A stretch of 64,000 nucleotides of DNA from Dehalococcoidia bacterium (GTDB taxonomy: Bacteria; Chloroflexota; Dehalococcoidia; Lucifugimonadales; UBA2985): positions 169,609 to 233,608 of the forward strand of contig OZ244924.1 of assembly GCA_965221925.1 (NCBI GenBank), given 5' to 3'. The notes under the pieces are model-generated. The model saw only the letters and a program-made list of their open reading frames with translations, had not been told where the DNA came from and ran no database searches. Each line of letters opens with the position of its first letter. Positions within the stretch are counted from its first letter, which is position 1. This document shows positions 37,005 to 47,081 of this stretch, piece after piece. The translations under genes were made by a program, and so were the position numbers.

Positions 37005-38585
37005 ATGCCTGATCCAATAAGCCTGCAAGTGTTCCACAACCTGTTCGCCTCTGTGGCCGAGGAGATGGGTGTGGCGTTGGGTCGCAGCGCCTTCTCCGTC
37101 AACATCAAGGAGCGGCAGGACTACTCCTGCGCCCTCTTCGGCCCGCAGGCGCAAATGGTGGCGCAGGCCGCGCACATCCCCGTCCACCTTGGTTCCATGC
37201 CGGCGTCCGTGGCGGCGGCTCTGGAGCGACTTACCCTGTCTCCGGGAGACGTGGTCGCCCTCAACGACCCTTACATGGGCGGCACCCACCTGCCCGACAT
37301 AACCCTGGTTGCGCCCGTGTTCGCGCCCATCGAAGGCCGGCCCGGCCTGGTGGGATTCGTAGCCAACAGGGGGCATCATGCCGACATCGGCGGAATGACG
37401 CCGGGGTCGCTGCCCATATCCTCGGAGCTGTTCCAGGAGGGCCTCATCATCCCTCCGATCAAGCTGGCCCGGAGGGGCCGGCTTAACAGGGAGGTGATTG
37501 ACCTCCTGTGTCGAAACTCACGCACTCCCAACGACCGCCGCGGCGACTTGGCAGCGCAGCTCGCCGCCTGCCGTGTAGGCGAGAAGCGGCTGCAAGACAT
37601 CGTGGCAAGGTACGGCTGGGAGGAGACCCGCCTGCATATGGACGGCCTCCTGGACTACTCCGAACGACTGACCCGCGCCGCCATCCGGGGCATCCCCAAC
37701 GGCGCCTACACCTTCCGCGACCACCTTGAGGGCGACGGCTTCAGCGATGAGCCCCTGCCCATCCAGGCGACGGTGCGTGTAGCCGACGATGAGATGGAGT
37801 TCGACTTCACGGGCACGGCCGCCCAGACGGACGGATGCGTCAACGCCCCCTTCGCCATCGCCCTGTCCGCCGTCCTCTACGTGGTAAGGTGCATCGCCGG
37901 GGAGCAGGTTCCCGCCAACCAGGGCGTCCTGCGACCGGTCCGGGTGTCGGCCCCGCTTGGGTCGCTGGTCAACCCCACGCCTCCACACGCCGTGGCCGGG
38001 GGCAACGTGGAAACCTCGCAGAGGATCGTGGACGTGCTGCTGGGGGCGCTGGCCCAGGCGCTGCCCGGCGTCATACCAGCCGCCAGCCAGGGGACCATGA
38101 ACAACCTGCTGGTCGGCGGCCGCGACGAGCATGGCAACGGATTCGCCTACTACGAGACCATCGGCGGTGGCATGGGCGCTCGACCCGACAAGGACGGGCT
38201 GTCCGGGGTGCATACACACATGACCAACACGCTGAACACGCCCATCGAGGCGTTTGAGTTGCAGTTCCCGATGCGGGTGCGCCGGTACGCCCTGCGCAGA
38301 GGCTCCGGCGGCGATGGCGCCTACCGCGGCGGCGACGGGATAGTCAGGGACGTGGAATTCCTGTCGCCCGCCACGGTGACGCTGCTCACGGAGCGACGCG
38401 CAAGCGCGCCATACGGCCTCCAGGGCGGCCGGCCAGGCGCCCCCGGCGAGAACATCCTCCGCAAGGCCGGCGGCGATGAGACGCGCCTGCCGTCCAAGGT
38501 CACATTCAAGGCGGCGGCCGGGGACGTGCTGAGCGTTCGCACGCCGGGGGGTGGCGGCTGGGGGGAGAGGGGCGCCCTGGCCTAG
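37005..38585 (+). CDS. hydantoinase B/oxoprolinase family protein
   Basis: The N-terminus DPISLQVFHNLFASVAEEMGVALGRSAFSVNIKERQDYSCALF...HIPVHLGSM is the HyuB/OplaH-B signature. The ORF is 526 aa. Confidence 0.9.
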   Translation: MPDPISLQVFHNLFASVAEEMGVALGRSAFSVNIKERQDYSCALFGPQAQMVAQAAHIPVHLGSMPASVAAALERLTLSPGDVVALNDPYMGGTHLPDITLVAPVFAPIEGRPGLVGFVANRGHHADIGGMTPGSLPISSELFQEGLIIPPIKLARRGRLNREVIDLLCRNSRTPNDRRGDLAAQLAACRVGEKRLQDIVARYGWEETRLHMDGLLDYSERLTRAAIRGIPNGAYTFRDHLEGDGFSDEPLPIQATVRVADDEMEFDFTGTAAQTDGCVNAPFAIALSAVLYVVRCIAGEQVPANQGVLRPVRVSAPLGSLVNPTPPHAVAGGNVETSQRIVDVLLGALAQALPGVIPAASQGTMNNLLVGGRDEHGNGFAYYETIGGGMGARPDKDGLSGVHTHMTNTLNTPIEAFELQFPMRVRRYALRRGSGGDGAYRGGDGIVRDVEFLSPATVTLLTERRASAPYGLQGGRPGAPGENILRKAGGDETRLPSKVTFKAAAGDVLSVRTPGGGGWGERGALA

Positions 38586-38668
38586 TGACCTGCCCCCAAT
38601 GGGCAACGACAGCTACGGGCGCATGTCCTGCCCACTAATCGCGATGGCTTCCACCGGGGCCTTGCAGG

Positions 38669-39610
38669 TCAGGCCCGGTGGTACTTGGACAGGCTGCGCA
38701 GCTCCCTGGGAGGGTCCATGTGAGACCCGCGGATGGTGTACGAGACCTCCGCAACGTAGATTGCGCCCTGGGAGTCCACCGCAATGCCGTGGGGAGCGAT
38801 GAACTGGCCGGCGCCCTCGCCCTCCTCCTTGTCTCCAAAGCGGCTCACCAACTCCCCTTCCAGGGTGTAGATGCCCACCCGGTGGCCCAGACCGGGGGCA
38901 TCGTCCACGCCTGGCATACCGTTGAGCTCCCCTACGTAGATGTGGTCCTGCCACAGCGCCATAGAGTCCGGGCGGTGGATGTTGTTCCACATGGTCAGAA
39001 AGTCGCCCCTGGCGGTGAACACCTGGATACGGTGGGCTTCCCGGTCCACCACGTACACCCGCTCGTCGGCGTCTATGGCGATGTTGTGAGGACGTATGAA
39101 CTGGCCGGCGTCTATGCCGGACTCGCCCCAGGAGAACCTGTACTCCCCGCCGGCAGAGTAGACGTGGATGCGAGCGTTGCCGTATCCGTCCGAAATATAG
39201 ACGTCGCCGTTTCCGGGCATAATGGCGGCCGAGGTGGGACGGTTGAAGGGCTGTCCACTCCACTTGGGCGCCGGATGGTTGCGCTCTCCAATCTCCATGA
39301 GCTTCTCACCCTGGGGGCTGAACTTCTGTATGGTGTGGATCCCGTCGTCGGCCACCAGCAGCGAGTCATCGTGGGCTATGTAGAGTCCGTGGGTGCGGTT
39401 GCTGAACAGCCCTTCGCCAAAGGACTTCAGGAAGTTGCCCTCCTTGTCGAAGACCATGATTGGACGCTCTCCTCTGGTCAGGACGTAGACGTTGTCCCGC
39501 GAATCCACAGCTACCCCCGGACACTCCAGGAAGTTCACGCCAGGCGGCAGCTTGGCCCAGCCATCCGCGAAGGTATAGCGAAATGCGCCGTCTCCGAATT
39601 CCTGAGTCAT
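38669..39610 (-). CDS. NHL-repeat six-bladed beta-propeller protein (peptidyl-alpha-hydroxyglycine lyase-like)
   Basis: Repeated ...P.G(I/V)A(V/I)D....(V/I)YV.D... blades are seen. Examples are PGVAVDSRDNVYVLTRG, GLYIAHDDSLLVADDG, PHNIAIDADERVYVVDRE and PHGIAVDSQGAIYVAE. Confidence 0.8.
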   Translation of the reverse strand: MTQEFGDGAFRYTFADGWAKLPPGVNFLECPGVAVDSRDNVYVLTRGERPIMVFDKEGNFLKSFGEGLFSNRTHGLYIAHDDSLLVADDGIHTIQKFSPQGEKLMEIGERNHPAPKWSGQPFNRPTSAAIMPGNGDVYISDGYGNARIHVYSAGGEYRFSWGESGIDAGQFIRPHNIAIDADERVYVVDREAHRIQVFTARGDFLTMWNNIHRPDSMALWQDHIYVGELNGMPGVDDAPGLGHRVGIYTLEGELVSRFGDKEEGEGAGQFIAPHGIAVDSQGAIYVAEVSYTIRGSHMDPPRELRSLSKYHRA

Positions 39611-39902
39611 CTTATGCCTCCTGAGGTGTGATTGCCCGCAATGTCCGCCAGTGGCGCGCTCCTCATTCTAACCCGCGCGCGTATGCGTGTGAAGGGGTTA
39701 CGCAGGCCGGTCTTGGGATTGAGGCAAAACCCGCCCGCGGTTGGCGGCTGAGGCCATACGCCGCGGCGCGTTGCGCGCCATACCGGGCATCGTAATACGC
39801 TGTTGAGCTTGCCTGAGCTTCCGACAGATTGACAGTTCTACCGCCCATGATAAACTTGCACGCAAGGAAATCCCTGCGATAAACGATGGTTGGGGATACA
39901 GG

Positions 39903-40367
39903 ATGTCTGCCAAACGGATTGCCTTGGTTGCGGTGGCGGCTCTGCTGGTGTCGGCGGGCGTGGTGGCTGGAGTGGCCTACATGGTGGTGATGGGCCACGA
40001 CGACGGGCAATACACCAAGTCCCTGGTGGAGGAGGCCATCCGACGCTACGAGCGGGACGGCCGGCAGGCGGCCATTGAATACTACAGTTCCGGCGAGAGC
40101 GTCAACGGCCAGTGGTATGTGTTCATCATAGAAGGGAACGGCTACACCATCGCACACCCAAACCCTGAGTTCGTAGGCCGGGACCCCGGCCTACGCGTCG
40201 ACGCCACCGGATACTTCTACGGCGACGACCTGCTCGCCGCCACGGAGGAGGGCCGTTGGGTTGACTACGTCCTGCGCAACCCTGAGACGGGACAGGATCA
40301 GCAGAAGCATACGTGGGTAGTGAGGCGCGACGGCCTGCTATTCGCCTCAGGCTGGTACGAGAAGTAA
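39903..40367 (+). CDS. membrane-anchored single Cache-like domain protein
   Basis: An N-terminal TM helix is followed by LVEEAIRRYERDGRQAAIEYY...GQWYVFIIEGNGYTIAHP...W(V)DY, typical of sCache-type extracellular domains. Confidence 0.65.
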   Translation: MSAKRIALVAVAALLVSAGVVAGVAYMVVMGHDDGQYTKSLVEEAIRRYERDGRQAAIEYYSSGESVNGQWYVFIIEGNGYTIAHPNPEFVGRDPGLRVDATGYFYGDDLLAATEEGRWVDYVLRNPETGQDQQKHTWVVRRDGLLFASGWYEK

Positions 40368-40411
40368 GGGGAGAATCCGGCCGCTCGGCCCATCCAATCT
40401 CCGGAGGCGCC

Positions 40412-41560
40412 ATGAAGGTTGTCGTGGCTCCACAGGCGTTCAAAGGCACGGCGTCCGCCGCTGTGGTCGCCGCCGCCATGAGCCGTGGCGTCCTGCAGGC
40501 CATGCCCCATAGCCAGGTTGTCGAGATCCCAATTGCGGACGGCGGAAGCGGCACCGTCGATGCCCTGGTGACTGCCACGGGAGGCCGCTACGTCACTTCC
40601 CCTGCCGGCGACCCCCTGGGCCGTCCCATCGCCGCCCGGTGGGGTGTGCTGGGCGATGACGAGACGGCCGTCATTGAGGTCTCAGCCGCTTCCGGCCTCT
40701 CGCTTCTCAGCATTGCCGAGCGAGACCCGACGATAACGACAACCAGGGGGACGGGCGACCTCATACGAGCCGCCCTGGACGCCGGATATACGCGCATACT
40801 GATAGGTCTCGGCGACAGCGCCACCAACGACGCGGGGATCGGCATGGCTCAAGCCCTTGGCGTCAGGGCCCTGGACGACATGGGCCGCGACCTTCCCAAC
40901 GGCGGCGCATCATTGATGCGACTCCACTTCTTAGAGCTAGAGGATGTTCATCCGCGCCTCGCCTCCGCTAGGATTACGGCGCTTTGCGACGTGACCAACC
41001 CCCTCTGCGGTCCGGGCGGAGCCTCAGCCGTCTTTGGGCCTCAGAAGGGGGCCACCGCTCGGCAGGTATCGCTGCTGGACGCGGCCCTGGGCCATTTCTC
41101 TGAGGTGGCCGCAGCCCAAATGGGGCGCAATGTGCGGGACGTCCCAGGAGCGGGAGCCGCAGGAGGGCTGGGAGCGGGACTTGTGGCATTCTGCGGCGCT
41201 GCGCTATGCCCCGGCTTCCAGGTCGTGAGCAGGGCGGCGCGTTTGGCAGAGTCACTTTGTGGAGCAGACCTCGTCCTGACCGGAGAGGGGCGGATAGATG
41301 CCCAGACCGCCGGCGGCAAGGGTGTCTCAGGCGTCGCCGCCCTCTCAAAGGAGTGCGGAGACCCGCTGGTCGCCGCGATAGTCGGCCAGAACGGACTGGG
41401 TGAGACTGAAGCGGCCACTCTCGGCATAGACGCAGTCTTTGCCCTGGCAAGCTCATCGGAGGGAGCGATACCGGGCCCGGAGTCAACGCCGGGTCTAATC
41501 CAGGCCGCGACGGCCCGCGCCATCGCCGGCCTCCTGAGAGGGAGAAGCGATGTCCACTGA
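40412..41560 (+). CDS. glxK: glycerate kinase
   Basis: The start ATG at 40412 follows GGAGG. MKVVVAPQAFKGTASA...IPIADGGSGT...GLGDSATNDAGIGMAQALG...TGEGRIDAQT..GK matches the GarK/GlxK family. The upstream part of the 40313 ORF is rejected. Confidence 0.9.
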   Translation: MKVVVAPQAFKGTASAAVVAAAMSRGVLQAMPHSQVVEIPIADGGSGTVDALVTATGGRYVTSPAGDPLGRPIAARWGVLGDDETAVIEVSAASGLSLLSIAERDPTITTTRGTGDLIRAALDAGYTRILIGLGDSATNDAGIGMAQALGVRALDDMGRDLPNGGASLMRLHFLELEDVHPRLASARITALCDVTNPLCGPGGASAVFGPQKGATARQVSLLDAALGHFSEVAAAQMGRNVRDVPGAGAAGGLGAGLVAFCGAALCPGFQVVSRAARLAESLCGADLVLTGEGRIDAQTAGGKGVSGVAALSKECGDPLVAAIVGQNGLGETEAATLGIDAVFALASSSEGAIPGPESTPGLIQAATARAIAGLLRGRSDVH

Positions 41561-42548
41561 AAAGCCCCGCGTGTTTGTAACCCGGAGACTGCCACAGGAG
41601 GTCCTGGACAGCCTTGACGTCCACTTTGAGGTCGATCTCTGGGACAGTGACCTTCCCCCGGACGTCGACAGCCTGCGGGAGCGCGCGGCGCAGGCCGCGG
41701 GCCTCCTCTGCCTTCTGACCGACAGGATAGACGCGGCGCTGCTGGACGCGGCCCCTTCCCTGCGCGTTGTCAGCAACATGGCCGTTGGCACTGACAACAT
41801 CGATCTTGTCGCAGCGACGGCGAGGGGCATCCCCGTAGGCAACACACCGGGCGCGCTGACGGAAACAACCGCGGACTTTGCCTTTGCATTGATGATGGCG
41901 TCTGCGCGCCGCACCGTAGACGGCGATAACTTCGTCCGCGCGGGACATTGGAAGACCTGGGGGCCCAGCGTGCTGCTGGGCCGCGACCTCTTCGGCGCAA
42001 CCCTTGGAATAGTCGGCTTGGGCGGAATTGGACAGGCGGTGGCGCGCCGGGCCCAGGGGTTCTCGATGCGAGCGCTGTACACGCGACGCTCCACAGCGCC
42101 CCCGCCTCCGGACATCCACGCCGAGCCAGCGTCCCTGGATGACCTGCTCCGGGAGTCCGACTTCGTTTCTCTCCACGTACCCCTCACGGAAGAGACGCGG
42201 CGCATGATCGGCTCCCGCGAGATGGCGTTGATGAAGGATACGGCCATACTGGTAAACACGGCCCGCGGTGGGGTTATCGACCAAGAGGCGCTTGTGACTG
42301 CCCTCAGGCAGGGGCGGCCCGCCGCTGCCGCGCTGGACGTTACCGCGGTGGAGCCTATCGAAGCGCAGGATGAGCTCCTCACGCTGCCCAACGTCGTAAT
42401 CACGCCGCATATCGCCAGCGCGAGCGTAGCCACACGCCTTCGCATGGCGAACATGGCGGTCCACAACCTGGTGGCCGGCCTTGAGGGGAGGCCGCTTCCC
42501 AACTGCGCCAATCCGGAGGCCTACCAGTCGGAGAGGAGCAGGCCCTGA
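41550..42548 (+). CDS. D-isomer-specific 2-hydroxyacid dehydrogenase (glyoxylate/hydroxypyruvate reductase-like)
   Basis: The NAD-binding site GIVGLGGIGQAVARRA, LVNTARGGVID and TPHIASAS are present. It overlaps glxK by 11 nt. Confidence 0.9.
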   Translation: MSTEKPRVFVTRRLPQEVLDSLDVHFEVDLWDSDLPPDVDSLRERAAQAAGLLCLLTDRIDAALLDAAPSLRVVSNMAVGTDNIDLVAATARGIPVGNTPGALTETTADFAFALMMASARRTVDGDNFVRAGHWKTWGPSVLLGRDLFGATLGIVGLGGIGQAVARRAQGFSMRALYTRRSTAPPPPDIHAEPASLDDLLRESDFVSLHVPLTEETRRMIGSREMALMKDTAILVNTARGGVIDQEALVTALRQGRPAAAALDVTAVEPIEAQDELLTLPNVVITPHIASASVATRLRMANMAVHNLVAGLEGRPLPNCANPEAYQSERSRP

Positions 42549-42610
42549 ACCCGGAGAGTTGCCATATTCGGTCTCATTCGCAATATCGCAGATAGAGGGA
42601 GGACTCAAAT

Positions 42611-43402
42611 ATGCCAAGGCCAAACATACTCAGGCAGAAGCTGGCGAACGGAGAGCCTACGCTCAGCACCCACCTCAGCGGCGTCTGGCCGGCGGAGGTG
42701 GAGGCCATCGGCCATACGGGGCTGTACGACTACGTGGAGTTTGTGGCTGAGTACGGCTCCTTCGACCTGCACGACCTGGACAACCTCTGCCGCGCCGCCG
42801 AGCTTCACAACATGGGCAGCATGATCAAGGTGGACCAGAGCCTCATGCCATATCTGGCCCAGAGAGGGATAGGCGCCGGTTTCGGCAGCGTCCTGTTCAC
42901 AGACGCGCGGGACATCCAGGAGGTCAGGGACTGTATCAGGGCGGTCAGGCCGGACCACCCGGACTACGGCGGCCGATATGGAGTGGCCACCAGGCGCAAC
43001 ACCTACATGGGCTACGGCGGGACGCCGGAGTACGTCCGGGCAATCGCCGATACCGTGCTAGCGTTTATGATTGAGAAGAAGGGGGCGCTGGACAACCTGG
43101 AGGAGATCTTACAGGAGCCCGGGGTGGAGATGGTACAGTGGGGAGGAGCCGACTTCTCAATGAACGTGGGGCATCCGGGAGAAGCCGACCACCCGGAAGT
43201 GGCGGCCGCCAGGAAGAGGACCTTCACCACAGCCATCAGGATGGGTGTGCCGCCCCGGGCGGAGATAGGCTCAGCCGACCAGGCCAGGGAGTACCTGGAC
43301 ATGGGCGTCAGGCACTTCTCCGTTGGCACAGACCTCTCCATACTGTTCAACTTCTGGAGGAGAGAGGGTGAGCAGATCCGCAAGGCGCTGGAGGGGAGCT
43401 AG
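42611..43402 (+). CDS. HpcH/HpaI-family aldolase
   Basis: LRQKLANGEPTLSTHL...EAIGHTGLYDYVEFVAEYG...IKVDQ...VQWGGADFS follows the class II 2-keto-3-deoxy-acid aldolase pattern. Confidence 0.8.
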   Translation: MPRPNILRQKLANGEPTLSTHLSGVWPAEVEAIGHTGLYDYVEFVAEYGSFDLHDLDNLCRAAELHNMGSMIKVDQSLMPYLAQRGIGAGFGSVLFTDARDIQEVRDCIRAVRPDHPDYGGRYGVATRRNTYMGYGGTPEYVRAIADTVLAFMIEKKGALDNLEEILQEPGVEMVQWGGADFSMNVGHPGEADHPEVAAARKRTFTTAIRMGVPPRAEIGSADQAREYLDMGVRHFSVGTDLSILFNFWRREGEQIRKALEGS

Positions 43403-43588
43403 CCGAAGGCGCTCTCAGCCGTCGTTCCTGCATCTCGGCGATGTGATTGTAGGGGCGGTTCGCGAACCGCCCCTACGCGTGACGGAGACGCGCGTCGTGC
43501 GCGGGCACGACGGTGTAGGGCGCGTCCGCAGGAAGTACGGTGTAGGGCAGCCGGCGCCCTTCTTTGCAATGTCCGGGGGTTGCGCCGG

Positions 43589-45619
43589 CTAGGCTATGCG
43601 CCGCTTCCGGTTGGAGAGGTAGTCCACCAGTACGTATTCCCCCAGGTTGTTGGGGTCGGAGTAGAAGGCTCGTCCCTTGTTGATACGCATCATCCTGTCC
43701 ACAAAGTCCACCAGGTAGGCGCTGCTCTCCAGCATGAAGGTGTTGATGGTTATCCCTTCCTGGGTGCATCGCCGCACCTCTCTCAGCGTCTCGCGGATGG
43801 TCTGGTAGCTGGGCGGGTAGTTGAAGTAGGAGTGGTCTCCCTCCAGGTGGCACGTCGGCTCGCCGTCGGTGACCATGAGAATCTGCCTGGTCCCTCCCTT
43901 GTCTTTGGCCAGGAGCTTCCGAGAGAGCATGAGGGCATGGTGCATGTTAGTGCCTGGCGCCCAGTCGTTCCAGGAGACTTGTGGGAGCTCGTCCTCCTTG
44001 ATCTCTATGGCGTAGTCGGAGAACCCCACAATGTAAAGCCTGTCCCTGGGGAACTGGGTGCGGATGAGGGACGACAGGGCCATGGCGACTTTCTTGGCCG
44101 CTAGGAAGCTCCCATAGAGGCCCATTGAACGGCTCTGGTCCAGCAGCAGGACGGTGGATGCCTGGGCCATGTGCTCGGTAATATGGATCTCAAAGTCTGG
44201 GGGCGTTATCTTCACCGGGGATCCCCCGCCTTCTCTCAGCAAGGCATTCCTGACGGTCCGCTCCAGGTGGATGTCAAAGGGGTCGCCGAACTCGTATGTT
44301 TTGGTATCTCCGGAGCGCTCTCCGCCAGCGCCTCTGGCGTGGAGCTGGCGCTGGCCAAGGCGGTCACGCTTGATCTGAGAGAAGATGTCTTTCATGGCCT
44401 TCTGGCCTATCTTTCGGATACCCTTTGGCGTTAGCTCCAGACGCTGCCCCTTGCGGGTTACGTATCCCGCCTCCTCCAGCATCTTGGTGATGCGCTGAAG
44501 CTGCTCCAGGTTGCGCCGGGCCTCTTCGCCAAGCAGAGCTTGTACCTCTTCAAGGTCCAAGTCCTGGATGTTTCCCCGACGAGCCGCTTCCTGTATCCGG
44601 CGCTCCAACTCATCCATGTTTTGCATCTGTCCCATGAGCTCCATTGCCTCGTCGTAGGTGAGGGAGTCCTCGCCCATGAAGGGATACCGGTTAGCCATGT
44701 CGTCCGGTGGATAGAGCCGGTTCATGGCAGCGGCAAGCTGAGCCATCTCGCTCATGGTCTCCGGGTCCAGCGCGCCCTCCATGAGTTCCTGCAACTCCTG
44801 GCGCATCTCCGGAGACATGCTGTTCATAAGCGACTGCGCCTGACCCATACGCCTCTGTAGCTGCTCCATAAGCTCATCCAGGCTCTGGGGCCGGTCTGGG
44901 CCAAAGAGGTCGCCATAGCGGTCCATGAATCCCTGGAAGTCCGGCTCCCTCCCTTGCATCCGGTCGCGCAGCATCTCGTTGAGGTCGTGGAGCATCCGGC
45001 GCGTGGCTTCCACGTCCTGGGGGGTTATGCCCTGTATCTGCCGGCGTATGTCCTGAAAGGTGTTGTCCAGTACCCTCTGCTTGAGCAGGTCCATAAGCTC
45101 TTGGAACTGGCGTTGGGCCTCCTGGTCGATGAAGTCGTAATCGCTGAGGTCTTTGACCGCCCCGCCCAGGTCCTGCGGCAGGTTCTCCATGCGCTCTCTG
45201 CCGCGAGCGGCGCGCTCTTCCAAGAGCTTCATCAGCCGTTCCCGTTCCTCGGCGTCCTCAGGGGACGATAGGGCCTGCTGCTGCCTTGCGTCCTCCAGGC
45301 GCCGATCGATGCCCTGACGCTCGGCCTCGACGATCTGCTTCAGACGTTCCTTGAGGTCGTCCAGCATCGAGTCCAGGTTGTAGCGACGGAGCTGCTCCTG
45401 CCGACGGCCTCGAAGACGCTCCAGCATATCCCGCAGCCCCTCCATACGCTGGTCTGACTCGCCTTGCATTCCCCTTTGGAACAGGTTGCGCAGCGACCGC
45501 ATTAGGTCGCCGTGGCTCATAAGGTCGTCGGCCATCTCGTCCATGACGTCTTCTCCAGACGGCTCGAAGACCTGCTGAGTCCCGTCCCATTGTGAATACC
45601 TGTAAAGGTTCTTGTCCAT
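43589..45619 (-). CDS. VWA domain-containing protein with long coiled-coil N-terminal region
   Basis: I prefer the start at 45619 (MDKNLYRYSQWDGTQ). The C-terminal VWA has the MIDAS motif VLLLDQSRSMG and ...ILMVTDGEPT. The central region is rich in E/R/L/M. Confidence 0.8.
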   Translation of the reverse strand: MDKNLYRYSQWDGTQQVFEPSGEDVMDEMADDLMSHGDLMRSLRNLFQRGMQGESDQRMEGLRDMLERLRGRRQEQLRRYNLDSMLDDLKERLKQIVEAERQGIDRRLEDARQQQALSSPEDAEERERLMKLLEERAARGRERMENLPQDLGGAVKDLSDYDFIDQEAQRQFQELMDLLKQRVLDNTFQDIRRQIQGITPQDVEATRRMLHDLNEMLRDRMQGREPDFQGFMDRYGDLFGPDRPQSLDELMEQLQRRMGQAQSLMNSMSPEMRQELQELMEGALDPETMSEMAQLAAAMNRLYPPDDMANRYPFMGEDSLTYDEAMELMGQMQNMDELERRIQEAARRGNIQDLDLEEVQALLGEEARRNLEQLQRITKMLEEAGYVTRKGQRLELTPKGIRKIGQKAMKDIFSQIKRDRLGQRQLHARGAGGERSGDTKTYEFGDPFDIHLERTVRNALLREGGGSPVKITPPDFEIHITEHMAQASTVLLLDQSRSMGLYGSFLAAKKVAMALSSLIRTQFPRDRLYIVGFSDYAIEIKEDELPQVSWNDWAPGTNMHHALMLSRKLLAKDKGGTRQILMVTDGEPTCHLEGDHSYFNYPPSYQTIRETLREVRRCTQEGITINTFMLESSAYLVDFVDRMMRINKGRAFYSDPNNLGEYVLVDYLSNRKRRIA

Positions 45620-45818
45620 GATGGGAAGCGCTCCGCTCAAATGCTGTGGTGGTGGACGGCGCGGTGTCAATGATACTACACGCCTCTCCTATATTCAACG
45701 CGGCGCCCCGGCCTTTGCGTCCCGCTCACCCCGACCGCGCCTCAGCGGCGGGGTTGGGCAACCCTGTTCGCCGCGCGCTCCGGAGACGGCCGGCTGCGGC
45801 CGGCGGCAGGCTCTATTG

Positions 45819-46748
45819 TCACGCTGCGCCGCCAAACCACAGGAGCGTCTCCCTCAAACCCTCCTCCAGAGAGAACCTGGGACTCCATCCAAGCCCCTGG
45901 CGAGCCTTGGCAATATCAAGGTATATCTTGAATACCTCGCCGGGCTTTGAGGGTCCGTAGGCGGCTTCGCCGGAGTAGCCGGCATTCTCCTTGAGCAGCG
46001 AGTATATCCGATTGATGGACGTGCCTACACCCGTGCCTATGTTGAAGGCCTCCCCACCCCCCTTCTCCAAAGCCGCGACACTGGCCTCCACTACGTCCAG
46101 CACGTACAGGAAGTCCCGTTCCTGCTCCCCACTGCCGTTTATGACCATTGGCTTCCCGCGGAGCATGGCCTGGGAGAAGATGGCCACCACTCCGGCTTCC
46201 CCGTTGGGGTCCTGCCTTGGGCCGTAGACGTTGCCCAGGCGTAGTATGGTGTAGTCCAGGCCGTGGGAGAGTCGATAGACGTACAGGTAGTTCTCCACCG
46301 CGAACTTGGACGCGCCGTAGTGCGACAGTGGATGAACTGAGTGGGTCTCGTCACATGGCAGGTACCGCGGGTCGCCGTAGATGGCCCCTCCGCTGGAGGT
46401 GTACACCACCTTCCTGACCCCGTACTGAACGCAGTTCTGGAGGAGGTTGAGGGAGCCGCGTATGTTGGTGTCGGCGTCGGCAAGGGGGTCCTGCATGGAG
46501 AGTTGAACGCTGATCTGGGCGGCGTAGTGGCACACAAGCTCCGGCCTCTCCTCGCGGAACACCTCCGCCAGGCCCGGACCGGCTATATCCGTCCGGTACA
46601 GGGTTGCGCCCGAAGGAAGGTTGGAGGGACGGCCTGAGCGCAGGTCGTCCACGACCACCACCCTGTGCCCCAGCTCCAGCAGCCTATCGACTACGTGGGA
46701 GCCTATGAAGCCCGCCCCTCCCGTGACCAGGACCTTTGCAGACGTCAT
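45819..46748 (-). CDS. NAD-dependent epimerase/dehydratase (UDP-glucose 4-epimerase-like)
   Basis: I prefer the start at 46748 (MTSAKVLVTGGAGFIGSHVV). The catalytic YGASKFAVE (YxxxK) is present. The ORF is about 309 aa. Confidence 0.9.
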   Translation of the reverse strand: MTSAKVLVTGGAGFIGSHVVDRLLELGHRVVVVDDLRSGRPSNLPSGATLYRTDIAGPGLAEVFREERPELVCHYAAQISVQLSMQDPLADADTNIRGSLNLLQNCVQYGVRKVVYTSSGGAIYGDPRYLPCDETHSVHPLSHYGASKFAVENYLYVYRLSHGLDYTILRLGNVYGPRQDPNGEAGVVAIFSQAMLRGKPMVINGSGEQERDFLYVLDVVEASVAALEKGGGEAFNIGTGVGTSINRIYSLLKENAGYSGEAAYGPSKPGEVFKIYLDIAKARQGLGWSPRFSLEEGLRETLLWFGGAA

Positions 46749-47081
46749 GGAGCGCGTCTCACAGCGCGCCGCCGCCCGGCGCCAAGTAGAGCGCTCGCGT
46801 GCCGGCTTGGGTTGTCCGGTGAGGTTTTCATTGGGCAGTTTGGGGAGGTAAACGTGTCCGGGTAGTCTATGGCGCAAGGGCGATTCGCAGGATATGAATG
46901 TAGTATAGCATGGCGGTCAGACAGGGGAAAGGATGCGTATAGGGGTCAGGACACGGGGTCTTTCCCTTGGGATTGTGCCATTGAGAATAACGAAAAGACC
47001 TGATTGACGGAGGGTGAACTAAGAGCTAGGATTCCTCTACGAGTATATGGTGTAGGCGCCCTGGTTAAGAGGAGTAGTACC

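Noticed and set aside
38613-39631. 216-aa (minus) and 317-aa (plus) ORFs overlapping the NHL-propeller gene
   Set aside because: These are off-frame or antisense translations with Arg/Gly/His-rich composition. The 38669..39610 frame shows regular NHL blades.
40974-42623. 549-aa and 338-aa minus-strand ORFs antisense to glxK and the hydroxyacid dehydrogenase
   Set aside because: They are Arg/Pro-rich junk translations. The plus-strand genes have clear family motifs and RBSs.
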